A DNA stretch of 64,000 nucleotides from Anthoceros angustus (taxonomy: Eukaryota > Plantae > Anthocerotophyta). The DNA lies in NCBI GenBank assembly GCA_010909165.1, contig VJWM01000119.1, positions 62,001 through 126,000 on the forward strand. The letters are read 5' to 3'. Made by a program: the position numbers and the translations under genes. The number at the start of each line of letters is the position of its first letter. The stretch's first letter is position 1. This document shows, piece by piece, positions 25,846-39,337 of the stretch. The notes below the pieces were generated by a model. The model made no database searches. It saw nothing but the letters and a program-made list of their open reading frames with translations, and had not been told where the DNA came from.

Positions 25846-26897
25846 TTAGCGCCTGGCACAGTACTGCAACATCGCGTCTGTTACGCGTTCCATTTCCTGT
25901 GCGTCATCACCGGCGCTAAATGCGTGATATAGCCATTCAGTTGCGAAAGCGATACCATTTCACGTATTCAAATTCTCCCATCGGTTTTGGTTCACCATCA
26001 CCAGCAGGTTGCGCATGGGCGTTTTTTGCCCCAGTGGTGCTGAAGACTTTGGGATCCAGGTGTTTTTGCAGGAAAGGTATAAGGCCAAATTATTCCTCCG
26101 CATTTGTTCCAGCAGCGACCATAAGTTTTTGTTCTCCAGGCTCGCCGCACTCCAGTTTTAGTCTCAATGATAAATACCAGACGGGCCGATCAGCACGTGA
26201 TCGATCTGAACAGATTTCATGAATTCATTCGTTCCCGGTAATCGGATGGGGCTGGGAAAAGTGACGCAGAAATCATTGATCAGGGTGTAGTCGTCCGGCA
26301 ACTGCGCCAGCATTTGGCCACTCTGTGTTCGCCAATGGCACCTGCAATGGTGTTTTTCAGTTCGTCGATCACTTTCATTTTCCAGTGGAGGTTAGCCAGC
26401 GCTTGCTGGTTATGCGCTTCAACCGCTTCCTGGAAATGGGTAGTAAGATAGCGGTGCCTGATTTCGTTTTCAGCGTGAATTTTTCCAGAACCGGGTAGAC
26501 CGGGCAATGGTGGCGGGAAGGCGGTATTTTGTCCAGCTGATGTTGGTTTTGAGAAAACTGGTTTCGCCAAAAGCCCACATGGCCGACCACCACGACCGGA
26601 GGCCTTTGATCGAGCTTTAGCAGTCTTGCTGTCCATCGCTCTATTTTTGCACTGGTATCGGCTTCAATGCCGTTGATGATATTTTGTATGTCATCCTGCA
26701 GCCGTTGGTTTTCGTGTTGCAGCTGATCGGCTTCTGCGGCGATGACTTGCTTGGAGCGGGAAAAACTTTCTGCTACTGCAGTGGGAAAGGTTTGCTGGAA
26801 ATCAGTTACCTCCGCAATGAAAGTCTGTAATGCCGTTCTGCGACAGGTGTTGTTTGACTTTGGTTAAGGAGCCGACAGGGTTGTAGGTTTTGCACAT
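25846..26897 (-). CDS. NERD (nuclease-related) domain protein, frameshifted
   Basis: N-terminus MCKTYNPVGSL and a helical linker, then GAIGEHRV, DDYTLIND, QIDHVLIGPSGIY..ETK, which is the NERD pattern. Confidence 0.75.
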
Positions 26898-27006
26898 GGC
26901 CACCTTTTTCAGTGGTAAGGTTTAGCAATCCCTTTAAGATAGACATTTCCCGTCGCGTTGTCGGCCTGCCCACCCGCGGGAACAGCGAGAATACGTTCCG
27001 CCTGGA

Positions 27007-27858
27007 TTATAGTCCGTCGAAAATGAGGTCATTCAGCAGCTTGTTGCTGAACTCCTTGATCAACCCGTTTGTATACTGTATCCTGATCTTGCTGAGTTTT
27101 ACGGTGTTCGATAACGCTTTTGGTAACACCCGGTGAATTTCCAGGTCGCGGTCTCATTGGCGGTGATGGGTCCGCTGGCCTGTACCATACTGGTCTTGGT
27201 CAACTGTTGGGCGGTGTTGGTTCCTGTTACCGATATCCAGATGGTCTTGATGGTGAACTCGGTGAAATTCTGCACTTTGATGTCCATATCTACCGAATCT
27301 TTTCCGGCTTTCAAACGAACGATTGCACGGCGAAGCCATATTTCCAGGTGATCTGGTAAGGCGCATACACCACCCGCAGCGGCTTTTGTCGTACAATGCC
27401 ATTCGCAGGTCGTGGTCATAAAATCCCAGATCTGCATGTATTTTCCGCCTGAACGCACATTGGGCTGGCCGATCTCCCGGAACAGGGCCAGCGTATCGAG
27501 CCGGCCCGATTTGGCGAGGCTATCGCAGTCGGCGATGAATGCCGGCGAGTGGATATAGGTCGTGTGATCGTATTTTTTCAGCGAGGCAACTACCGTGGTG
27601 AATTCCGGCGTGTAACAGAAAACCGCGGTATCGCTGATTCCTGCATAATATACCGTGTTGGTACCGTCGGCAAGGGGTGCAGGAATTTGAGCTTAAGTTT
27701 GTCCTGCACCTGTTTCGCTGTAGTGCCCGACGGATATTTATTGCCCAGCAGATCATATAAACCCGGATCTCCTGTCCGCGTACCATACCGGTGATAATCA
27801 GTGAAAAGGAAAATAGGAATAGTGCTTTTGTTTGACGCAAGAAATGATCGTGGCGCAT
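27007..27858 (-). CDS. exported hypothetical protein, frameshifted
   Basis: Signal-like LFLFSFSLIITGMVRG. The C-terminal part is beta-rich (DIKVQNFTEFTIKTIWISVTG...GPITANETATWKF...IRIQYTNG). Confidence 0.45.
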
Positions 27859-27946
27859 AGGGTGAATTAAGGCCGAAAAGGTCGGAAAAATTTGGCAAAT
27901 AAATGAAGCAGGAGAGGCCTGTCCGTTAACGATGACCGGATGTTTC

Positions 27947-28647
27947 TTATAGCATTACGCCAAAACTCGTCCCACTGCAGCCGTCAATAACATTGCCAGT
28001 GTTCCCCATAAGGCTATTCTCGCCGAGCCTTTTATAACACTTGATCCACCAGCCTTTGCGGCAATTGCGCCGAGCAGGAGAAGGAAAATATGGTGAAACC
28101 ATACTGGTACCAGATCATTCCTTAATGGGCATTACCACCGTTACGCCCAGTGGTAGCAATGCGCCACAAGTGAACGACGCGCCGGAAGCTAGCGCCGCCT
28201 GCAAAGGATTGGCTTGACTGGTCTCCGTAATGCCAAGTTCGTCTCTGACGTGTGCGGTGCATCGTGTTGGGTAAGTTCTTTAGCCACCTGCATCGCTGTT
28301 GAAGGCGATAAACCCCTTTTTCGTAAATTTTGTAAGAAACGCCAGCTCTTGCTCCGGCATATCCTGCAGTTCTCAGGCTTCCCTGTCTATGTCCGCTTTC
28401 TCTATGTCGGTTTGTGAGCTGACCGACACGTATTCACCGGCTGCCATGGAGGCTGCTCCAGCAACAAGCCCCGCTACTGCAGCCAGGATAATGGACGTTC
28501 TGCTCGTACTGGCAGAGGCGACGCCGATGGCGATGCTTGCGGTCGATAATAACCCGTCATTGGCGCCCAGTACAGCAGCCCTTAGCCAATTGCTTTTGTG
28601 GATATAATGCGGCGAAGATAATCATCAAGTGAAGGATCACTTGCCAT
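27947..28647 (-). CDS. VIT1/CCC1 family Fe/Mn transporter, frameshifted
   Basis: My translation of the minus strand gives SNWLRAAVLGANDGLLSTAS, AGAASMAAGEYVSVSSQTD, HVRDELGI and NPLQAALASGASF. Confidence 0.92.
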
Positions 28648-28847
28648 CTCAGTTAATTTTTGGTGAAGTGAGTTGATGCCTGAATATACACATTATTGAC
28701 AGTCGATCATCCAAAAGTGGTCATGGCGATTGAATCCGGCAGCAAAACTGCGATGAGCTTCCAATAGTCTGCATTCAATGGGCGGTGCATTTCCGATACT
28801 GTCCTTTGAAAATCCATTCCCTGAAAGGTAAGGAGCGACCTGTCGGT

Positions 28848-30000
28848 CTATGGGTTGACCACTTCCGGCAGCCCGTAAGGTCTGGTCAAGAGAATTGGTT
28901 CTCCTATTGAATGCTTGCCCTGGTCGCTGTTATTGGGGGCGATGGGCGCCGATTCCCCTTTCCGGTAGCGACCATTTTTGGAAGGTATTCCAGCAATGCG
29001 AGTTCCTTCGAATAGATTCAGCCCGCTTTTCGCTGAGTACCAGGTTGTCGACTGCTGTACCAATATTGTCGGTGTGACCGGTAATGTAAAGCGTGTCAAA
29101 CTGAACACGACTTAGCAGGTAAGCTATTCGGGCGATGTGTGTGGCCTGTCTGTCGGTTGAATGCTGTCATTGTTGGCAAAATGAATGTTTTAGCCACCAC
29201 GTTAATGCTTTTCAAAACACTGTCTGTAAATACAGTGACCGGAAGTGGTTCCTTTTTCTTTCCAGCCGCTGCCTCCTGTAAAGGACAGCCATGACTTTCT
29301 TTGAATCCGGGCGTAAGGGCACAACTATCCAGATGGTCGGGTATTCCATCTAAATCGGTATCAGGACACCCCGAAAGAAGCAAGACCAGTAACGTCAGGG
29401 CAACCGTCGGCTTCGTCGGCAACGCCGTCACCGTCACGATCAATAGAAACAGGCACGACGCTAACCAGCTTTATCATGCTTGTTGGTTTCCTATTCCTGA
29501 GGGTGCCGAATAAGCCAGCCTTGAAACGAATGCCATTTCCATTTCCCGATGAAGAAGGTAGGTGGAAGAGAACTGCAGTTTCGTCACCTTGGTTATCCTG
29601 AAGTCGATAATTGGTCCGACATGCAGACCGGGAAGGAGACGGTGGTCTACATACAAAGCCGCTATGCCTGCACTGCCCCATACCGTTGACCTGTTTCAAT
29701 AAGCAATAATTGTCTTTGTAAAGATGCGCTTATGTCTACCAGCAACGATTTTCGTAACCCGAGTCTGTTTTGCGGTCTGGATTTTGGAAGGTGGCTGTTC
29801 CTGCGGAAATCTGGTAATTATACTTTGTATTTACGCCTCTTAGAAAGTCCAGGTGAAATCCGGTTAGCCACCGCTGATTTTTGTGTTGAATAGACGGGTT
29901 GGTTTGAGATAAAGACAATCCCATCATGGAAGGAGATACACTCACCTGCGACCAGCAAAAACAGCTTGCACCGAAATAGACAGAGAAGAACAGTATGCAC
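28848..30000 (-). CDS. OmpA-family protein with thrombospondin type-3 repeats, frameshifted
   Basis: TSP3-like repeats DRDGDGVADEADGCPDVTG and CPDTDLDGIPDHLDSC. OmpA C-terminal motifs GHTDNIG and GESAPIAPNNSDQGK..NRRT. Confidence 0.8.
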
Positions 30001-30300
30001 GCATTTTGTTTTGCATACAACAAGTATAAGAAATCAGCTTTTGAAAGCATTCCGTATAAATACGGCACCTAATAATTTTCACAGGCTAATGAAAAATTAA
30101 TGGGCTAACATTTTGATTTGTCAGCGAGAAAAATATTTTGTTCTCGCAAACACTAACTAAACCTTCGTGCTATGAGAACATCTCCTTCAGTATTAATTCC
30201 TTGTTTCCCTCTTTATTGCTGTTGTTTTTCGCATGCCGGCTAATAGTTGTTTTTCTGTTGATCGCATCCTGGTTGTATAATTTAATCAGTTGACACGTAT

Positions 30301-32476
30301 TTGCATCGGGCGTTTGACGTTCGGACTTATAGGGGCATTATGCCTGCAAGTGAGTGCAGGATACAAATCCGCGGCCTGCGATTGCCTGCCTTCACTGACT
30401 CCATTACGAAAGCAATGAACACATCCCTCAAACGAGCCGTTGATATGATGATACCCGATTCCCTTCGCCGTATTCAGCTGGGTTTCGATTCATCTCGCAG
30501 CAGGCGGCTCGATTCAGTGGCGGCAGCCAATGGTTACCAATAATTATTTCAATTATACCGGCTCTTACGTGTCTAAGTTGGAAGGGCAATACAATATCGA
30601 CGGCCTCTTCCAACATGTTTTTTAGCTATGGGGCGACACGGGTAACCAAAAGTTGGTATTGTGCTTTCGGGCAGAAAATCCAACTCCCCTTATTTCAGGG
30701 ATTACTTAGACTTCACCATCGATGCCAGGCCGGATCTTATTGCCAAACAGGTGGCAGGCCGGTCGGCCGGCAACAGGAAAGAACAGGTTCTGCAGAAACC
30801 AAGCCGTTCGTTCTGCCTATGGGAAGAAGCTGAATGCACTGAGCCGTCAATTGAATGGACTGATCGGAGATTCCTGTTTGAGCCTGTATGAGAAGTAAGA
30901 AATATTGGCCAGCAGTGGCTATTACCGCGATTCGCTTTCATTTCCTCAGCAGGATCAGGTTGCCGGGAAACTATCCGCCGCCCGCGCATTCGTCGAAAGG
31001 TATGATTCGATACATGCCCTCGTGGATGCTGTACGGCGACGTATAGACGAAAATACAAATGCGGCCCAGGGCGCTGTTTCAGTTGGATAAAGCCATCGCT
31101 GATCTTCGTTCCGGCGCCGCTTTACAAGCGGCACTTCCGTGTATCAGGTATGGCAAAGAGATAAGCGGTTTTGATACTGTTCACCTGGAAGAGAAAACGC
31201 ATTGGTTGCAGGTTCCGACGGCTTGCAGTGGAAGATCGATGGCAGAAGGATCGCAACTGACCATGCAGGATATTGCTGTAAAAGGGTTGCAGGCCGAATA
31301 CCAGGCCGATCGTTATTTCTATTCGGTAGTTGCGGGGTGGACGGATTTCGGCGAGTTTGTCTTTCGCAATGAACAGGTTAAGCTGAATTCGTTGGTATAT
31401 GCCGCCACCATTGGAAAAGGCCGAAAAGAAAATGATTTTGTGTCATTGGGGTTTTCGGCGGAAAAAGACGCCCGGCACCCTGGGATTCACTGGCAAAGAC
31501 AGCGGATATGTTTAGGGATTATCGATCGCAGGCCAATACCGGATCCGGCATTGGAAGGTCAACGCAGAACTGGCGCACCCAACGGTTACCGGCAACAATC
31601 GGCAAAAGCGTCGGCGATACCGCTGTTAAAGATCTGTCGAATAAAGCGGCAGCGTTAAAGGTGTCGGGCAGGTGCGGCCAATCGCGTTGCAACTGGCAGG
31701 TTTTATAAGCTACTACGGCGCGCTAATTTCCAGGGCTTCAATGCCTATCGCATCAACGCAGCCAATACGATGGGGCGTGAAGCTTCCAAAGTTTTTCCAC
31801 CAGTCGCTGCAGGTAGATGCTGCTGTAAAACGAACGAATATAGAAACCCTTATGTTGCACAGGTATACGATGGCTGAAATACCGTTCAGTCTTTTAGCGT
31901 TCGGTACCAGAAAAACAGGCTTACAGTTGCAGCATAAGCCGCCTGTGTACCAATACCTGGGGGTGAACGACTCGCTTTTCGAGGGGCGCTTTCAGGTATT
32001 GCAGGCGGTATGGCCTCAGCTACAAAACAGGTGATATCAAACTTTCCCTCACTCTTGTTCAACCACGGGGCAGGAGAACCAGCAATATTTTTTGGTGATG
32101 CCTATAACCTGGTTGGTACCAGTCTTTTTCTTTCCCAAACACAGCATAATGATGAGTACATCTTATATGGCCAATGACCGCTACACCTATTGGCTGATCG
32201 ACGGATGTATACAGTACCGTATACCCTGCAATCGGTATTAAAATGGGCGGGCGTATGTATGCTTTGCAGTCGGATATTGACCAAACCAGGGTGGGCGCTT
32301 ATGGCGGAACTTATTTTACCATTAAACATATCGGACAGTTTCGCTCCGTTGCGAAAGCAATTATTTCGATCTCAAGTACCGGTTGTATGGCAATACCATG
32401 GCTACCGCCGGTTTTCAACCAATTTCAAATGAAAGGGACTTTCAAGTATCGCCAGTTCAGGATATCCATTTTGTAG
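30301..32476 (+). CDS. large hypothetical outer-membrane-like protein, heavily frameshifted; start uncertain
   Basis: A chain of overlapping plus-strand ORFs with alternating beta-strand-like segments (KGLQAEYQADRYFYSVVAG, YAATIGKG, SLQVDAAV, RVGAYGGTYFTI). Function not assignable. Confidence 0.45.
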
Positions 32477-33170
32477 TATTCCTGGCTTTCGGTCAACCGC
32501 ATGCCCAGGATATGTCGGTGCTGGCCCTTCCCCGAAGGATCGCTTATACAGAAAAGCCAGTTGTGGAACCTATGATCACCAATTCGGTGCAGAGCCGGAA
32601 AATCTCGATGACCATGATCGACAAGCGGACCAATCAGCGCGTATTGTCGGCCGTCACCAATGTTTTCCTGGTGGCACCGGTGCCAGCTGTACCAGGTAAC
32701 GGAAATGATGGTTATGTACAATGCGCTGGCCGGCGAGTTCAACGGTACTGATTTCGATTTTCTACCGGCCGGCGAATACCAGGTCATATGCAGCCACTGT
32801 TGGGTGACCAGGTAGGTCAGGCGTTTCCTGTATACCTGTACAGGTACAGCTGCTATCGGGACCGCAATTGCAGGTGCCTGCGAAAAGTGCCAGCGTATCT
32901 GTCGATGGTTTGTCTTCAACTGTGGACCCCGCCAACTCCGGAGCTTTTGCTTCCGGATGCCGTATATTCACTCACCCTGGTTCGCGTGCAGAAAGGTCAG
33001 GACCCCGGAACAGCGATCGCAAGGAAAACCGGTAATATTCTCGGCAGATCAGATTGTGCATTGATCTACGACTATCCGCCACTGCGCCACCATTGGAAAA
33101 TCACCAGCGGTATGCCTGGCAGATCACAGCGTATAACCGACAGCAACAAGCAGTAAGTGCTGTCTGGGAC
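32429..33170 (+). CDS. exported hypothetical protein with Ig/FN3-like segment, truncated by junction
   Basis: Signal-like N-terminus, then FLPAGEYQV, WTPPTP..YSLTLVRVQKGQDP and YAWQITA..SAVWDF. The sequence switches to the MscS duplicate at ~33,170. Confidence 0.5.
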
Positions 33171-34457
33171 TTCACCACCAACAGCATGCCCTGCACCTGT
33201 TTGATGCGTTGTTCGGGTTCATTGCGGGCTTTCAGTGCACCGGTAACCAGGTGCTGTATGCAGAAGATGACGAGCCGAACAGCGATATAGGTGGTCACCA
33301 ATGCGCCACCGATAATACCTGCTCCAGTTTAGGGATAAAGTCAGCTGCTTGATGATGCGCAGGTTGACTACCAGGTACACATAGGGAATAATGTATTTGT
33401 CGGCCGCCTCAACAATAAGGTCGTCAAATTTGGAGTCGGTTTTCGCCGTGATTTTAGTCATCACACCGATCAGCCAACGCCTGGTCGTACGCCACAATAT
33501 CCAGGTCAGCAACATGCCACCCACTACCAGTAAATAACTCAATACGGTGTTGCCCACCAGATTTGATTCAATGTTTCTTTCATGTTATTGTTTTCGGATC
33601 CTGCGCTTGCAACAAATTGTGTTGTAAAAGATCACCGTCTTCCGATAAAAGTTTTGAATGTACCGCAAATAGTGAACCATGGTCATTTGTGCCGCAGGCT
33701 CGGTGAAAAGTTGTATATTTGCGACGTAGAAAAACGGCTTGTGGAATTCTTTGTACAAATCCACATTACTTCAAAGCCGCTCCTTTCCCTTTTATGTGCC
33801 GCATTTATTGCCTGCAACAACAGTGGCACAGTCATTTAAATTAATCTGGAATGAAAGGTTTATACATACAATTATTCAGTCCATGGCCTTATCCGGTACG
33901 ACAACCCGGAGATCGGTCGCGACAAAGACACCGGCGGGCAAGTGAAATATGTGCTCGAAATGCTGGAAGCCATCGGGCGGCATCCTGATGTGCGTAAAGT
34001 GGATTTGTTTACCCGGAAAATAAACGACAAAAGGGTTTCTGCCTATAACCAGGTAACGGAAAAGTGGGCGAAAAGGCGAGGATTGTGCGCATCGCCTGTG
34101 GCGGTGGCCAGTATCGGGCGAAAGAGTCTTTGTGGGATCACCTGGATGAATTTGTCGACAATACCATTCGTTTTATTGAAAATGAAAATGAATTTCCCGA
34201 TGTGGTACATGGGCACTATGCCGATGGCAATTACCTCGCGTCGCAAATCAGCGAAATGTATGGCGTACCTTTTTCTGTCGACCGGTCACTCTCTTGGCTG
34301 GAACAAAGGCCATCCTGCTGTCGCAGGGCATGACCGAAGAAAGATTGAAGAGAAATTCAACATGAAGCGACGCATCGAAGAAGAGGAAAGTTTTCTTCAA
34401 CATACCGATGCTGCCATGGTGGTGAGCACGCAGCACATCATCAACACCCAATACAAG
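33166..34457. repeat. direct duplicate of 21,368-22,640 (5' part of mscS, intergenic region, 5' part of SPS)
   Basis: Near-identical to 21,368-22,640 apart from small indels. Junctions: GGGACTTCACC vs GGGCCTTCACC on the left, and CAATACAAG on the right. Confidence 0.95.
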
Positions 34458-34554
34458 GACATCACAATCAAGACCCACTCTATAAATGCATTAAAGGAGA
34501 TGAAACATTGGAGAAGTATTGGAGAAGTAGATATAAGCTTTTCTCTAAGTATGA

Positions 34555-36501
<1,947 letters not shown>

Positions 36502-38631
36502 CAAATCGAGGAGTTTGATTTGCAAACCATGTTGCAGCCAAAGGATGGCAAAACATTGTTGTTTGACGGCACAACTCATTGCGCCAAACATTTTAATGTT
36601 TCTCCTCGTAACACGTCTCTACCTCAACTTAAAACATTGCCGCCAACTTATACATCAAGTTCTAGCATTACATTTGGTGAAACCAACTACATAGATAATG
36701 GTTGCAAAGGACTTGTGTATTATGGAGATTTCCTTGCTCCTAAAAGAACTAGATTTTAGATAGATTAATGTATATTCTAGTTGAAAAAATTATAGCTCTT
36801 AATTTAGATTTTATAAATACAAGTAATAAATTTATCCAATACTTAATATATTTATTTTTACAAATATTATTTTTCTCTTAAATGCCTTATTTTTCCCCTT
36901 TATGATGCGTTTTTCCATGGATTGGAGACTATGAATCAGATTAATGGGGTGGTTGGGGCTAAGCTCTAGTCCAAGTCCCACATTCAAGACAATGTAAATG
37001 GAAGCCTAGACGTATCACTGGCAAAAGTCTTAAATGTGCATTTGGACAACTGCTTGGTAGACATGTTTGCAAAATCCTTATTAGCTGGCGGGGCAAAGCA
37101 CGAGGATGAAACAATTGCGCTGCAACACAATTGAGGAGGCTATGCAAGCCGCTATCCACATGAACATTGTGGAGTGAAGCAAGGCTCGGTTCAAGTCATG
37201 GCTCCATTATAGCCAATGAAGGGGCTCCTCCTTGCCCTAACATGCCCTATCAAGGGCAAGGAGCCCTATGAGAACACAACTAAGAGTGAGTTGCAAGGCG
37301 ACAAGGGCACATTGTTCTTGTTGCTCTTGCAAGAACTTGAGAGGAAGAGCCATCCCACCACACAACAAGAAAGCTAGTGTGAGGAAGGAGGAGGGAGGCA
37401 ACTAAGGGTCACAAGAAGGCAAAGCGCGAACAATAATTTAGACTTGGTGACAACCCGACATGTTATCCAAGACCCAATCTCGATACTGTGAAAGGAAGGC
37501 TGTGGCTCTGTGATCCAAGAGCACTTAGGAGCTGGCCACGCAAATGACTTGAAGATGAACCGAGAATATTCATGCTTCCTCGAAGAATATTCATGCTTTT
37601 CACTCGGAGGAGCTCAAATTCCAAGTCTCCAATCCTCGATCCTTCACCTTTGCTCATATGACCTCTTGCGGCTATACTAGCTAGGGAGCAAACGCCCTGC
37701 AACTGCTCCGGCGTTCTCTGCAACTTAAACCTCACTCGCTCAACCAAATGAATCTGAATGATGGCGTAATGTGGTTACGAGGGCTACCACGAACAAATAT
37801 CGACGACCTTCATATCGTGAAAGAAATGCACAAACCTTAAGCACGACACCCCAGAGCTTGGCCAATCTGTCTCTCTCACAATGTTTCCTTGTCGATCAAG
37901 TAGCCTCTTTGGTTCCCCATAGCTTGTTACGACATTGACGGTATGAGGTTAGCAATGGCTTTCATCCACACATCAAGGGCTAAAACCCATAAAACACCAA
38001 CGGTGACATCATGAGTTATAAATCATTTGGTTCAATAAATACACATTCACACGAAACGCTTTAGGTAAAAAGTCGAGTGGAGAGGGTGGAGACCGCAAAG
38101 AGCGCAAGAGGAGCTTAATTGGTGTGCACTCTTTGCTCACACCTCCGGCTTTGCACCTTGGACGAGCTGCCTATGAGATGCACACACATGGCGACCAAGC
38201 GGCCTACACTGCCGGCGACCTCTGGCTATCCCGAGGGCGTATTCGGATAGTGTGGGACACATCGTGATCTCCCTATCTACCTATATCCTAATTATCCTTG
38301 GGCTTTGGCAAAATGCCCTCTATTTACCTATCCTAATATTGTATCTATTTATGTGCCTTGCTCATGTCCTTGGGCTTTGCCCGCCTCTTCTTGCCTATAT
38401 ATGCACATTGACCGCATCCAAGGCACCCTACCACGACAACGACCTTATCATACATCTTCTACCGATGCAAAATGTCTACTCTTGTACATGGACTTTGTAC
38501 CGTCATAAAAGGAGGAATATAATATCATGTGATTATGTAGCAAACAAAGTCCCATCGTATCGATGTACTCAAAGAAATTTTCTCAACTGCTTTGATATGC
38601 TAAAGATTTCATGCTCCAAGTCGAGCAAAGA

Positions 38632-39337
<706 letters not shown>

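Noticed and set aside
1-34450. Mass pseudogenisation or programmed frameshifting of the bacterial genes
   Set aside because: Indels hit all genes, including conserved ones such as ung and the LptD-like gene. The two renderings of 21.4-22.6 kb carry different indels, which indicates sequencing or consensus error.
36760-38010. Helitron-type tandem element, or coding ORFs in the spacer (e.g. MVERVRFKLQ..., MKGWLLLALTC...)
   Set aside because: I found no convincing hairpin-plus-CTAG terminus. The spacer ORFs are short, vary in frame between copies and match no family I recognise.
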